Virus record (IMG/VR): IMGVR_UViG_3300045988_088058
Span: 1-56,846 of that record
Reading direction: 5' to 3' (one strand)
Origin: a virus
Length of the DNA: 56,846 nucleotides
Below are positions 1-8,876 of the stretch, in pieces. Numbering within the stretch: position 1 is the first letter of the stretch; each line of letters begins with the position of its first letter. Under the pieces are notes generated by a model. That model was given only the letters and a program-made list of their open reading frames with translations. It was not told where the DNA came from and did no database searches. The position numbers and the translations under genes were made by a program.

Positions 1-28
1 AAAAAAAAATAATCAGGAATTTTCCTGA
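1..28 (-). terminator. Rho-independent terminator after the yhhQ-like gene (hairpin 13-28, U-tract from nt 1-12)
   Basis: TCAGGA-attt-TCCTGA stem directly after stop codon at 29-31; minus strand reads hairpin then TTATTTTTTTTT. Confidence 0.75.
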
Positions 29-55
29 CTACTTTTTCAAAAGTCTCGAAGCAAT
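1..55. repeat. 55-nt copy of 56792-56846 (circular closure overlap)
   Basis: Exact identity read directly: A9-TAATCAGGAATTTTCCTGACTACTTTTTCAAAAGTCTCGAAGCAAT at both ends. Confidence 0.95.
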
Positions 56-562
56 TGATTGCAAAATGAACTGAACAAAAACTTGGCCTAAAACAGCTGA
101 AGGAATGTCTATATATGCAACTGTTCCAATTCCAAGAGGACTCAATCCTAACGCAATCCAAATAGTTGCATCTATAATAGAACCTATATTGCTTGATAAA
201 GCATTTGCAATCTTCGAGTCGTATTTATTAGACAATCTATTAAATATGAAGACGCTTGCCTTTTGGCCTATCCAAAATGCAACTCCAGAAGCCACGACAA
301 GCGATTGTGGCAGGCTTTGCATTAAGCAAATCAACGAAGTAAGGAATAACCCTACCCATATCAAAGAACCTGTAAATTTTGGCTTCTCGTACTTGCTTAT
401 TAAGTTTATAAGCAGGAAAGTGAATCCCATAAACCAACTGCTAGGAGGAATTAAAATTCCTTTCACATTTAAAGGCTCGAAGTAGATTGTCACAAGATTT
501 GCAATAACGACTAGAGCTATATATGCCACTGAATAAATTTTAGATTTCAATTTCTTCACCAT
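29..562 (-). CDS. yhhQ: YhhQ/VUT-family queuosine-precursor (preQ0/preQ1) transporter homologue
   Basis: 177-aa polytopic membrane ORF. AFWIGQKASVFIFNRL and SNIGSIIDATIW mirror E. coli YhhQ AYALGQILDVHVFNRL and GNVSDTLAFF as I recall them. Confidence 0.65.
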   Translation of the reverse strand: MVKKLKSKIYSVAYIALVVIANLVTIYFEPLNVKGILIPPSSWFMGFTFLLINLISKYEKPKFTGSLIWVGLFLTSLICLMQSLPQSLVVASGVAFWIGQKASVFIFNRLSNKYDSKIANALSSNIGSIIDATIWIALGLSPLGIGTVAYIDIPSAVLGQVFVQFILQSIASRLLKK

Positions 563-2879
563 ACCATCTTTCTACTATACTAGGGTCACATTTCATTGGG
601 AGACTAATAATGTCCTTGGCTGCTTCAATCATAACTTCCGTCAAACGCTCTGCTCCCCGCTTCGCATTCTTAATAGGAACTTCACCTAATAACTCGTCAT
701 GTACTGGAATCATTAAGTGAAACCCTAATTCTTTGAGTTCTGGATCATTGTGTACCTTAATCATTGCATACTTAGTCATGTCAGCAGCAGTTCCTTGAAT
801 GACGGAGTTCAAACATTGACGCTGAGCATCTGCTATTTTTCCTCCATTGTCGCGAATAAGAATGCCTTCAGCTTTCGCCTCGTCCTTAATTTCCTGCTTC
901 TTCTTAAATCCCCAAGCTCTATCAAGCTGGGCCCAATATTTTTCAATAATATATTCAGGAACAGTATCATCCATCTGCTGGTCATTGTCAAAGTTAAATG
1001 GGTCAAAGTCTTCGTTCTTGCTAGCGTCAATATACTCGAACTCATATTCAGGCAAGCTCATGTCAGGAAGTCGTCTTCTTCGACCTGTCGCCGTTTGAAC
1101 ATATCCCACGTCTTGCGCCTGTTGCTGAACGAATATGATATAGTCAGCTACCTTAGGAAACTCACTAAAGAAATCTTCGATGACCTTATTCGCTTCCTTG
1201 ACAGAAACATTCATTTGCTCTGCAATTGAATTGGCTCCACGACCATACATAAGACCTAAAAGAACGGACTTGACTGAATTTCTTCGAAGCTTCCCTTGCT
1301 TGTTAGTTGTTCCGTCAGGATAGAATTCAAGACACTCTTCATAAGGAACTCCGTAAAGTTTCGAACCAATAACGGAGTAAAGGTCTAGGTTTTCTTCATA
1401 AGCATGACGCATACTCTCATCACCACTCAATTCGGCAAGTGAACGAGGTTCCTGTTGAGAGTAGTCACTACCAATGATATAGTGTCCAGGACTTGCGGCA
1501 AATATTTGTCGAACCACTGCTCCTTCACCTCGTGACGGAATATTCTGCAAGTTAGGACCTTCACTTGACATACGTCCAGTCTTGGCTCCATACTGCTTGA
1601 ATGTAGTGTGAATTCGATTATCAGGTTTTGCAAGGTGCCGGTCGAGAGTTGTATAGGTCGAAACTAATTTTGCATATTTTCTATATTTCAAGAGAGCTTT
1701 TGAAATGTCATTGTCGAAGTGCTCAATTATGCTTTCACCTGTTCCTCTAGGTTTATCCTTTTCAGGACTCTTCAATCCCATGATGTCATAAAATAGGATT
1801 GCTAATTGAGTAGGACTGGAAATACTTACCGTCACTCGACCTCTTGCGTCCATTTCGAGTTTTTGATAGTTTTGGAAATTAGTTTGTCGAAGTTCTTCGA
1901 TTTCAGGTTGCCACTCGCTGACAAGCTGTTGAAATTCCGTCTCAGCTTCGTTCATCTTAGTAGTAAACTGTTCCCTAATTTCATTCAACTTATTCTGGTC
2001 TAAATCAACTCCGTAGATTTCCATGTCGAAAAGAACTTTAATCAACGGCATTTCAATATTATGCAGAACCCAAGAAACTTTTTCTAAGTTATATTCTGAG
2101 CATTGTTCAGTTCCTGGAGTCAAGTATTGTTTTTGAAACTCATAAAGTTCGAAAGTTTGCAAAGGGTCATAGGCCGCATACATATATGCAACATCCGGAG
2201 GAATTAAACTAAAAGGAATGCCTTTGAACAAGTCATTGAATTTAGCAACCTCTGCGTTTTCTTCATTTCGAACATATTTAGAATGAAGACTTTTCAAGCT
2301 GTGAGACTCGTTTTCATTTAAAAGCATTGAGGCTAAATAAGTATCCCATTCAGGCTCACTCATCTTGACGCCAAGTCGCCAATAAATCGATTTCATATCA
2401 AATTTCGAGTTGTGGTAGATAATAGGAATTCCTGAATCTACAATTCGTTGAAGCATTTTCTTCATAAACTCAGGAGAAATTTGATTCTTAATTCGCATCT
2501 TCGTCATATTGCTAACATGATTGACAGGTGCATAAATTCCTTTTTGACTAGGCGAATAAAGGCATACTCCAGCAATCTCGTCGTGAATAGTATCAAGGCC
2601 GTCAGTTTCCACGTCAATAGAACCTATTCCATCTTCAATCATGTTTTGAACATACTGCTCAAACTGAGCTTCATCAGTAACTAGTCCCAGCCTATGAAGA
2701 ACATGTCCAAGAATACGGTTCGAAAGAGTACGAGCTCTAGCAACTGCGTCCTTTAGAGCATTACCTGAAATATAAGTCACTTCAACTGCAGGCTTCCTAT
2801 TTTTTCTTTGTGCAAGTAATTGAGCATCGTTTTTCTTACTTGAACGAGGCTTTGCACCAAAAAGTCCTTTTTGAGACAT
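540..2879 (-). CDS. polA: Family-A DNA polymerase (Pol I-like) with 3'-5' exonuclease domain
   Basis: 779 aa; ExoI SIDVETDGL; motif A DYSQQEPR; motif B KSVLLGLMYG; motif C PVHDE; SD AAAGGAA upstream. Confidence 0.93.
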   Translation of the reverse strand: MSQKGLFGAKPRSSKKNDAQLLAQRKNRKPAVEVTYISGNALKDAVARARTLSNRILGHVLHRLGLVTDEAQFEQYVQNMIEDGIGSIDVETDGLDTIHDEIAGVCLYSPSQKGIYAPVNHVSNMTKMRIKNQISPEFMKKMLQRIVDSGIPIIYHNSKFDMKSIYWRLGVKMSEPEWDTYLASMLLNENESHSLKSLHSKYVRNEENAEVAKFNDLFKGIPFSLIPPDVAYMYAAYDPLQTFELYEFQKQYLTPGTEQCSEYNLEKVSWVLHNIEMPLIKVLFDMEIYGVDLDQNKLNEIREQFTTKMNEAETEFQQLVSEWQPEIEELRQTNFQNYQKLEMDARGRVTVSISSPTQLAILFYDIMGLKSPEKDKPRGTGESIIEHFDNDISKALLKYRKYAKLVSTYTTLDRHLAKPDNRIHTTFKQYGAKTGRMSSEGPNLQNIPSRGEGAVVRQIFAASPGHYIIGSDYSQQEPRSLAELSGDESMRHAYEENLDLYSVIGSKLYGVPYEECLEFYPDGTTNKQGKLRRNSVKSVLLGLMYGRGANSIAEQMNVSVKEANKVIEDFFSEFPKVADYIIFVQQQAQDVGYVQTATGRRRRLPDMSLPEYEFEYIDASKNEDFDPFNFDNDQQMDDTVPEYIIEKYWAQLDRAWGFKKKQEIKDEAKAEGILIRDNGGKIADAQRQCLNSVIQGTAADMTKYAMIKVHNDPELKELGFHLMIPVHDELLGEVPIKNAKRGAERLTEVMIEAAKDIISLPMKCDPSIVERWYGEEIEI

Positions 2880-2930
2880 CTAAATTCCTTTCTTTCAAAT
2901 AGCTAATAAAAGAGGGCTTGCGCCCTCATG

Positions 2931-3659
2931 TTAGAATCCTCGACCTCGTGTAGGAGGAGTTCTTCGACTAACTGAAGGAGTTCTTTCAGCTGTTCGACCT
3001 TTTGAAGAATCTCGACCTGAACCACGTCTAGGAGCAGGAGCCGAACCTCTACGAGAATTAGAACGGCTTGAAGACTGCTCCTCCTGAAGAGTGAATCTCC
3101 CGTCAATTACATCGAACATTTGATCTTCGTCTAATTCTAAAATTAGAGTTCCAAGAAGTTCGCTCTTTTCAGGGAAATCATCGAGGGTAGCATTATCCTC
3201 TGGTCGCTCCGGAAGGAATTCGTAGGTAGTTCTTTGGTCACCTTTAGCCCCTGAACGAATGATTTCGAAAGGCTGAGTTACAAGGCTTCCATACTTATTG
3301 ATAAATGTAACAATTTTTTGAACATATGAACGACCGCGGTCCCATGTTTCAACTTTTCCGCTGTCATGGTTATACAGCTGAAGAAATAGTTTTTCAATAC
3401 GAGGGAACCCATTTTGGCACATTGGGCAACGATCGGGATTAACTGTCTCACCATCTTCTCCAATAGCGTTGCAATTAACATATCGTCGACGGCCATCAAT
3501 TTCTGCTTCATGCACCACAAAGTAGTCAACGTCTTCGCCCTCTGGGTCATCATATAAAAGAGTGACGATTGCGCTGTCACCGTGGTCAGCTAGTGTGAAA
3601 AATTCATTATTAGTTCCTGAACTAAATGAACCTGATTTTTGAATGGATACTCTTGCCAT
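2931..3659 (-). CDS. ssDNA-binding protein, T4 gp32-like layout with Zn motif
   Basis: 242 aa. H...C...CPMC spacing and flanking beta-strand pattern resemble the gp32 Zn site; basic RG-rich tail; sits beside polA. Confidence 0.5.
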   Translation of the reverse strand: MARVSIQKSGSFSSGTNNEFFTLADHGDSAIVTLLYDDPEGEDVDYFVVHEAEIDGRRRYVNCNAIGEDGETVNPDRCPMCQNGFPRIEKLFLQLYNHDSGKVETWDRGRSYVQKIVTFINKYGSLVTQPFEIIRSGAKGDQRTTYEFLPERPEDNATLDDFPEKSELLGTLILELDEDQMFDVIDGRFTLQEEQSSSRSNSRRGSAPAPRRGSGRDSSKGRTAERTPSVSRRTPPTRGRGF

Positions 3660-3736
3660 ATCAATTCTCCTTTTAAGTTTTTAATGATTGAAAGATTTTT
3701 GAAGTTTTTAAGGTTTCAAGGTTTGTTCTTTCATAT

Positions 3737-3768
3737 ATAATATACACGAAATTCGTGCAAATTGTAAA
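3737..3768 (-). promoter_or_regulatory. Class-2 (middle-type) promoter motif TTTACA-N14-CGTGTATATT upstream of SSB gene
   Basis: One of five copies of TTWACA-N14-YGTGTA followed by an A/T hexamer; intergenic, correct orientation. Confidence 0.55.
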
Positions 3769-3772
3769 CCGA

Positions 3773-4387
3773 TTATATAAAATCTTTTAATTTATTTTTT
3801 AGCTTTTTCTTAGACTGGCTAATAGCTGCTCGGCTTACTCCAATTTCACGCGCAATTTCTGCGTCGCTGACGAGCGGTCCGTTTTGAAGTACGGACGAGA
3901 TATAAGCATATTCTGTACTAGATAACGTCATGAAATCGAGACTTGCTTCGATTTCAATTTTCCCATAATCTTCGCAGTACCCTACTGTTGACAGGATGCT
4001 GAAATCGTCATTTTCATCGCGAGAGGACTCGTTATCGAAAATGACTTCCAAATACCAGTTTCTGTTCAACGAAGGAGCATTTAGATACCTATACTCTAAT
4101 AGCACTCTATTTCGAAAAATCCTTGTAAGGTAGGTTGAGAACTTAGCGCCCTGCTCCGACTGGAACGTTGCAAGACACTTAGAGATAGTTTCGAATGCTA
4201 TGCTTTCTATATCATGTCGCGAAAGGCATTTAAACTTGCGCGCATAAGTATAGAGCATTCCGAAGTAACGCTGGTAGGTAGACGCAATTGACATGTCAGG
4301 GTCGATTTTATAGTTTTCGACACATTTGTCATCATTCCAGCATTCTCCGCCAACATAGCTGGAGACTAGTCCGTTGATTCTTTTCAT
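3773..4387 (-). CDS. Sigma-70-family (ECF-like) sigma factor homologue
   Basis: 204 aa; region-2-like FSTYLTRIFRNRVLLEYR; region-4 HTH SDAEIAREIGVSRAAISQSKKKL. Confidence 0.65.
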   Translation of the reverse strand: MKRINGLVSSYVGGECWNDDKCVENYKIDPDMSIASTYQRYFGMLYTYARKFKCLSRHDIESIAFETISKCLATFQSEQGAKFSTYLTRIFRNRVLLEYRYLNAPSLNRNWYLEVIFDNESSRDENDDFSILSTVGYCEDYGKIEIEASLDFMTLSSTEYAYISSVLQNGPLVSDAEIAREIGVSRAAISQSKKKLKNKLKDFI

Positions 4388-4419
4388 TTAATATGACCTC
4401 TTTTTAATTATGTAAGTTG

Positions 4420-4448
4420 ATTATACGATAATAAGTGAATTATTACAA
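4420..4448 (-). promoter_or_regulatory. Sigma-A type promoter for the sigma-like gene (TTGTAA-17-TATAAT)
   Basis: Shares the TTATCGTATAAT -10 block with the six-copy early cassette; -35 overlaps primase stop. Confidence 0.5.
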
Positions 4449-5459
4449 GACTAAATTGTTAAAATCTATCAAATCCGGTCTGTCGTTGATGTCCCACTTA
4501 TTTTCGTAGAATTCATCAGGGTAGTTTAAGAATCGAACAACCTTACTTCGTTTTAACTGCTTGTAAAGTTTTTCCTGCGCTGTCTGTCCAGCGTTATCAG
4601 GGTCGAGAGCTAGAACGATATTTCTATAAGGAAGTCTTTTAAGCAAGTTGATTTGATTTCCTCCTCCTACTCCCATAAGAGCGACTGCAGGAATTTTCAT
4701 CGACCATAACGTCAAGCAGTTGATAACGGACTCTGTAACGAAAACTTGGTTGACAGGTTTTTCAAAATAGTCTCGAAATGCTACGAGTTCATATTGTCCG
4801 TAAAGAAAATCTGTTTTAGGATCGTCTTCGCCATACTGGTGAAATTTTGAACGAACACTCCGACGATTGAAAAATACGGTTTCGCCATTTAGGTTTCTTA
4901 CAGGAAACGTGATGCAGTCGTGAAGTTTGTCGTACCCTACATCAAACATTTCAATGAGCTCGTCAGTCAGTTTCCGCTCATACATATAAGGATGAATGAA
5001 CCTGTATTTATCAAGTTCTTCTTCAGGAATAATTGAATGCTGAATTTTTTTACTAGCTCCATTTCTACGAAAGGCTTCAGGACTAACTCCGCTCCTAACT
5101 ACTTCGCTAGATGTTCCAAAGTTCCTTTTCAGCCACTGGTTTCCATAAAAGCCTCCGTCCTTTCTGCCTAATACATTAGAAATGAACTCAGTTAGGCCTG
5201 AAGTATATCCGCAAGTGAAACAGTGAACCGTTCCAGCTTCAGTGACTTTACTTCCCGAATAGGAAGGATTTCTACTCATTCCGCAAGAAGGATGTTTTTC
5301 AACCCCGCCGGCATGAAATGGGCATGAAAATTGATAGTTGCTTCCAAGTGACTTAGTTCTTCTAAAAATGAATACTCCTTCATCTTCTAGCTGTCGAGAA
5401 AGTTTTTCGATTATTAGTTCAGGAGTGGCTTCAATTTGAAGACCATTTACCTTCATCAA
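4443..5459 (-). CDS. dnaG: DNA primase (CHC2 zinc finger + TOPRIM)
   Basis: 338 aa; CPFH...C and HCFTCG zinc ribbon; TOPRIM VFVTESVINCL and ALDPDNAG. Confidence 0.85.
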   Translation of the reverse strand: MMKVNGLQIEATPELIIEKLSRQLEDEGVFIFRRTKSLGSNYQFSCPFHAGGVEKHPSCGMSRNPSYSGSKVTEAGTVHCFTCGYTSGLTEFISNVLGRKDGGFYGNQWLKRNFGTSSEVVRSGVSPEAFRRNGASKKIQHSIIPEEELDKYRFIHPYMYERKLTDELIEMFDVGYDKLHDCITFPVRNLNGETVFFNRRSVRSKFHQYGEDDPKTDFLYGQYELVAFRDYFEKPVNQVFVTESVINCLTLWSMKIPAVALMGVGGGNQINLLKRLPYRNIVLALDPDNAGQTAQEKLYKQLKRSKVVRFLNYPDEFYENKWDINDRPDLIDFNNLVL

Positions 5460-6787
5460 AATGCTTCAACTCCTTCCCGGGTTACTTTATTTCTAAGATT
5501 TGAAGTTGACCTAGATGCTTTTGCTTTCAGTGCAGAGCTTTGACCTGACTCACTTTCGCCCTCTTCTTTGAATCCAATAAGGGTATAAGTCCCAGTTTCA
5601 ACGTCCCACATGTATTCGATAATTTTTCGGTCTTCACCATATCGATTTTTAACTACTGACAATTCAAGTATGCCTGATTTCTCGTCACGCTTCATAGCGA
5701 TAACTCTACTAGCATTTTGACCTACTCCGTCACTTTCTGCTATATGTTCCAGTTCCATGCTTTCAGCGCCTTCAGTTTTAGCCGAACGTCCTGCTTGGAC
5801 ATTAAGCACAATAGGAATTCCATATTTAGCAGAAATCTTATATAGGTCCATGGTGATGTTGGCGTACTGAATACGCTTCTGCTCTCTGCTTGGGTACGAT
5901 TCACTCATAAGGGAAAGCTGGTCAATTCCTACCACGGATGGTTTATATTTAGATATCATGCTATCTAAAATTGCAGGAGTAAGATTCTTTCCGCCAATCA
6001 TGAAAGGCGTGACTACCACAAGGGAATTTTCAGCCTCAGTCATTGCTTGAATATGGTCCTCATATTTTTCGAACTGGTGTTCGTTCCATATTCCCTTGGT
6101 AATTGAATTGATGCTAACATTAGAAAGGATAGTATCAATACGAGCACCAACTTGCATTTCACTCATTTCTCCACTATATAGAAGAACATCATGTCCGTTC
6201 TTCCAAGCAGTTGCAAGCATTTTATCAATAGTCCAAGATTTCCCTTGTCCAGGTCGAGCCATTATGACAACCAAGTCCTCACCTGGAAGAAGACCACCTA
6301 ATACGTCATCCAGTAGTTCGAAACCTGTAGATATTCCAAGTCGTTCACCTTCGTGGTTTCTAATACTGTTTGCCCAGTCAAGTCGAAGATTTGCATTTCT
6401 TGCAATGTCGAGCCCGCCTATAAACTTAGAACGATTAAACAGCTCTTCAAGTTTAGGGATTATATTAGCAATTGCGACATTGCTATCCACTTGAATATCT
6501 TCAGCCGCTTCAGTTAAAATGGGCACCAGGGAATTATAAAGATGCTCCTCTTTTAGCTTGTCAATAAGATACTCATCAGTTTCGCCGATTTCAAAAAATT
6601 CAAATCCAGGAAAATGGTCTAAAATGGTTTCATCGTCCGGAACTCTTCCATAATTCGAAAAGTGACTTTGAATAAATATAAACTCGTCTAAATAATCAGT
6701 GAAGTAGTCTTGGTCAATTCCATTATTCTCTAAAATAGCTAGGCTCTTATCAACCAAGACTTTATTTAAGACTTGAAGTTGTATCAC
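5456..6787 (-). CDS. dnaB: Replicative DNA helicase, DnaB family
   Basis: 443 aa; Walker A ARPGQGKSW, Walker B VVGIDQLS, DnaB-like N-terminal domain; overlaps primase start by 4 nt. Confidence 0.88.
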   Translation of the reverse strand: MIQLQVLNKVLVDKSLAILENNGIDQDYFTDYLDEFIFIQSHFSNYGRVPDDETILDHFPGFEFFEIGETDEYLIDKLKEEHLYNSLVPILTEAAEDIQVDSNVAIANIIPKLEELFNRSKFIGGLDIARNANLRLDWANSIRNHEGERLGISTGFELLDDVLGGLLPGEDLVVIMARPGQGKSWTIDKMLATAWKNGHDVLLYSGEMSEMQVGARIDTILSNVSINSITKGIWNEHQFEKYEDHIQAMTEAENSLVVVTPFMIGGKNLTPAILDSMISKYKPSVVGIDQLSLMSESYPSREQKRIQYANITMDLYKISAKYGIPIVLNVQAGRSAKTEGAESMELEHIAESDGVGQNASRVIAMKRDEKSGILELSVVKNRYGEDRKIIEYMWDVETGTYTLIGFKEEGESESGQSSALKAKASRSTSNLRNKVTREGVEAF

Positions 6788-7065
6788 TCTTCCACCTCTT
6801 TCAATTTTCCTACATGCTGTCCCTTTTCATTATAAAGAGGACTTTCTTTAGCTCCAGGGGCGCTCCCTAGCCAAGCGCCTGAGCTGTCGACAGTTAAGTA
6901 AATAGCAGATTTCTGCTTCTGCTTATAACTTTCGATTATTTCATTTTGCTTTTTCCGTTCGTCATGTCGTCCTACACAATATGCACCTATGCAGCAAATA
7001 CATAGAAAAAGAACGCACCAGAGAAGAACATTCGTAACTCCACTATATCTATGATTCAATTTCAC
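6784..7065 (-). CDS. Small membrane-anchored hypothetical protein
   Basis: 93 aa; one Cys-rich TM helix (VLLWCVLFLCICCIGAYCV); coupled to flanking genes. Confidence 0.5.
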   Translation of the reverse strand: MKLNHRYSGVTNVLLWCVLFLCICCIGAYCVGRHDERKKQNEIIESYKQKQKSAIYLTVDSSGAWLGSAPGAKESPLYNEKGQHVGKLKEVEE

Positions 7066-7693
7066 TTACCTCCAATCCTCTTACATTGCTAGCCTCGAAC
7101 TCTAGGACTACTGAGGTATCGTAGATACGACTATAAAGCCTTTGGCCTAAAAGTTCAATAATTTCTTCATCTGTATAATTAGTCGTGTAGATAGTTGACA
7201 AGTTATTATCAACTCTATAATTGACAAGGTCATATAGATAAGGATATGACGCCTTTGTCAATGAGCCTCCGCCTATTTCGTCAATAACTAAAAGCTCGCA
7301 AGTTTTTAAGCGCTCAAACCGTTCGAGGAATTCTTGCATAGTTTGAAAATAATTGTAGTCGCCAAACTCAGTCAATAGTTGAGCCGACACTACGAACATT
7401 CCTTTTTCGACCATTCTTCCATCAAGAGCAGTTTCTGCTAAATAACGTTGCAATAATCGAACCGCCCAACTAGTTTTTCCATTTCCGACAGTAGTTGAAG
7501 CAATAACAATGCTAAGTCCATTTTCAACTTCTTCAACTATATTTGCTCGAACATCTTCAAGCCATTCCCAGCACTCTCTGTCAGCTTTTCTTTCGACTAA
7601 TATTTGAGGCTCGAAGTATTTTTTAGGTAGCCCACTTTTCTCGAAAAGGTCATTTAACTTTTTCTTCCATATTCTATCAGCTAAATTATTCAA
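7049..7693 (-). CDS. DnaC/IstB-like AAA+ helicase-loader ATPase (TTG start)
   Basis: 214 aa; Walker A GNGKTSWAV, Walker B LLVIDEIGGG; SD AAAGGAG 5 nt before TTG. Confidence 0.7.
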   Translation of the reverse strand: MNNLADRIWKKKLNDLFEKSGLPKKYFEPQILVERKADRECWEWLEDVRANIVEEVENGLSIVIASTTVGNGKTSWAVRLLQRYLAETALDGRMVEKGMFVVSAQLLTEFGDYNYFQTMQEFLERFERLKTCELLVIDEIGGGSLTKASYPYLYDLVNYRVDNNLSTIYTTNYTDEEIIELLGQRLYSRIYDTSVVLEFEASNVRGLEVSEIES

Positions 7694-7790
7694 CTTTTCT
7701 CCTTTAATTTATTTTTCTGATAATTATTTACTAAATTTATAGTTCAGTAGTGTGATGCATATATACCGGCCCGAAAGATTCAAGAATAAA

Positions 7791-7822
7791 TTATTTTACA
7801 CGAGTTGAACTGATTTTGTTAA
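7791..7822 (-). promoter_or_regulatory. Class-2 promoter motif TTAACA-N14-CGTGTAAAAT upstream of the DnaC-like gene
   Basis: Same bipartite motif and spacing as the four other copies. Confidence 0.5.
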
Positions 7823-7856
7823 GCAACTTTTTAAAAATCTAAAAATAGTCTATAAA

Positions 7857-8336
7857 TTAGTAGAATCCCTCGAATTTTGAGCCTATTTTTCCTTCAAGTT
7901 CATCTAAAATCCAGGCTCTTTTAAAGGTCGAAACTGTAATAACTTTCTCAGTCAAGTTCAATCTTCTTCGAACCTTTTCATACTTGACAAAACTTTCAGC
8001 AAGAAATCGACATAATTCAATATTCGAGTCAAGGTTCAAGTATTGCTGAACCTTCTTCATAGTGGTCGAAAAGTTGAACCAGTTATAATCAATGCACTTA
8101 ATTTCGAAAATAAATTCATATTGAACTATAAAGAATGACGATACTTGTTTCATGTTCGGCTCAAAGAGTTTTCCATTAAGCGCTTCAACTATTTGAAAAT
8201 AGTCTTGCTCGATTTTAGATAGACCTGTTGACACATCCTTCCTAAATAGTGAAGAACGAGTTTTAGGTCTTTCTTTAAATGTCAACTGAATTTCATTTCT
8301 AGCACTTGACGAGCTTCCTATTCTTTGCCTTGCCAC
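7857..8336 (-). CDS. Hypothetical protein (GTG start)
   Basis: 159 aa; strong SD AAGGAGG 6 nt before GTG; no recognisable motif. Confidence 0.6.
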   Translation of the reverse strand: MARQRIGSSSSARNEIQLTFKERPKTRSSLFRKDVSTGLSKIEQDYFQIVEALNGKLFEPNMKQVSSFFIVQYEFIFEIKCIDYNWFNFSTTMKKVQQYLNLDSNIELCRFLAESFVKYEKVRRRLNLTEKVITVSTFKRAWILDELEGKIGSKFEGFY

Positions 8337-8359
8337 TTATTGCCTCCTTATCGTATAAT
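8330..8359 (+). promoter_or_regulatory. Orphan plus-strand promoter TTGCCA-18-TATAAT, antisense to the surrounding operon
   Basis: Carries the exact early-cassette -10 block TTATCGTATAAT, on the opposite strand to all neighbouring genes. Confidence 0.4.
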
Positions 8360-8378
8360 ATTAAGCCTCTAAAATTAA

Positions 8379-8447
8379 CGCAGACAGTGGTTGCCTGCGA
8401 GGGTGGTATAAAGAGACGCCTTTGGTCGTAGAACCGGCGCAGCTCCT
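8379..8447. ncRNA. GC-rich structured intergenic element (two hairpins); strand and function unresolved
   Basis: GCAGAC-agtggtt-GCCTGC hairpin plus long imperfect hairpin AAGAG-ACGCC-ttt-GGT-cgtaga-ACC-GGCGC-ag-CTCCT; GC far above local background. Confidence 0.35.
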
Positions 8448-8456
8448 AAAAGATCG

Positions 8457-8876
8457 CTAAATTTTAGCCTTTCCAAAACGAATTCCTTCTGACACAGAAA
8501 CGATGACAGCAGGAAGAATCGTTTCCTGGTCAATTTCACCGTGATAAATCATGTCTTCGAGCAGTTTCGTGTTGATAACAGGCTTGTATTCGATAAGGCC
8601 GGAAAGTTTTTCGCACATTTCTTCAGTTTCAGCTTCGTCAACTAATTTTTCGATAATTTCTTTCAGCAGCTCTTCGTTCATAGTCGAGCGCTCAGTTTGA
8701 TAGAATGTAGCAGAAAAGTGCTTACCTTGAGCAGACTCGATGTCGTTTTCCTTCATGTACTCCTTTAGAGCGTCGCGCAAGGTTTTAACCTGCTTTTCCA
8801 TGTCGCCTTTAGTAGCGTTCAATTCACCTGCTTCCTCAATTGCTTCAAGGAACTGTTTCTCATCTTTAAATTTCAT
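8457..8876 (-). CDS. Hypothetical acidic coiled-coil protein
   Basis: 139 aa; ATG abuts upstream stop; faintly Gp157-like, not assignable. Confidence 0.55.
   Translation of the reverse strand: MKFKDEKQFLEAIEEAGELNATKGDMEKQVKTLRDALKEYMKENDIESAQGKHFSATFYQTERSTMNEELLKEIIEKLVDEAETEEMCEKLSGLIEYKPVINTKLLEDMIYHGEIDQETILPAVIVSVSEGIRFGKAKI

Noticed and set aside
1-55. The 55-nt end duplication as a biological direct terminal repeat
   Set aside because: It begins and ends at arbitrary positions inside a terminator and the yhhQ-like gene's 3' end. The terminase type and neighbouring architecture fit headful packaging, so it is most simply an assembly circularisation overlap.
105-1229. Antisense ORFs 105-485, 240-437, 750-1229, 833-1045 and 847-1098, and similar ones genome-wide (for example 6096-6494, 9761-10060, 11368-11724, 21237-21656, 22647-23015, 23799-24026)
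   Set aside because: Each lies entirely within a longer ORF that has clear family motifs, and none has an SD or a recognisable motif.
8379-8450. tRNA or tRNA-like gene in the GC-rich intergenic element
   Set aside because: Although about 70 nt long, neither strand gives a 7-bp acceptor stem or a T-arm with the GTTCRANNC loop.
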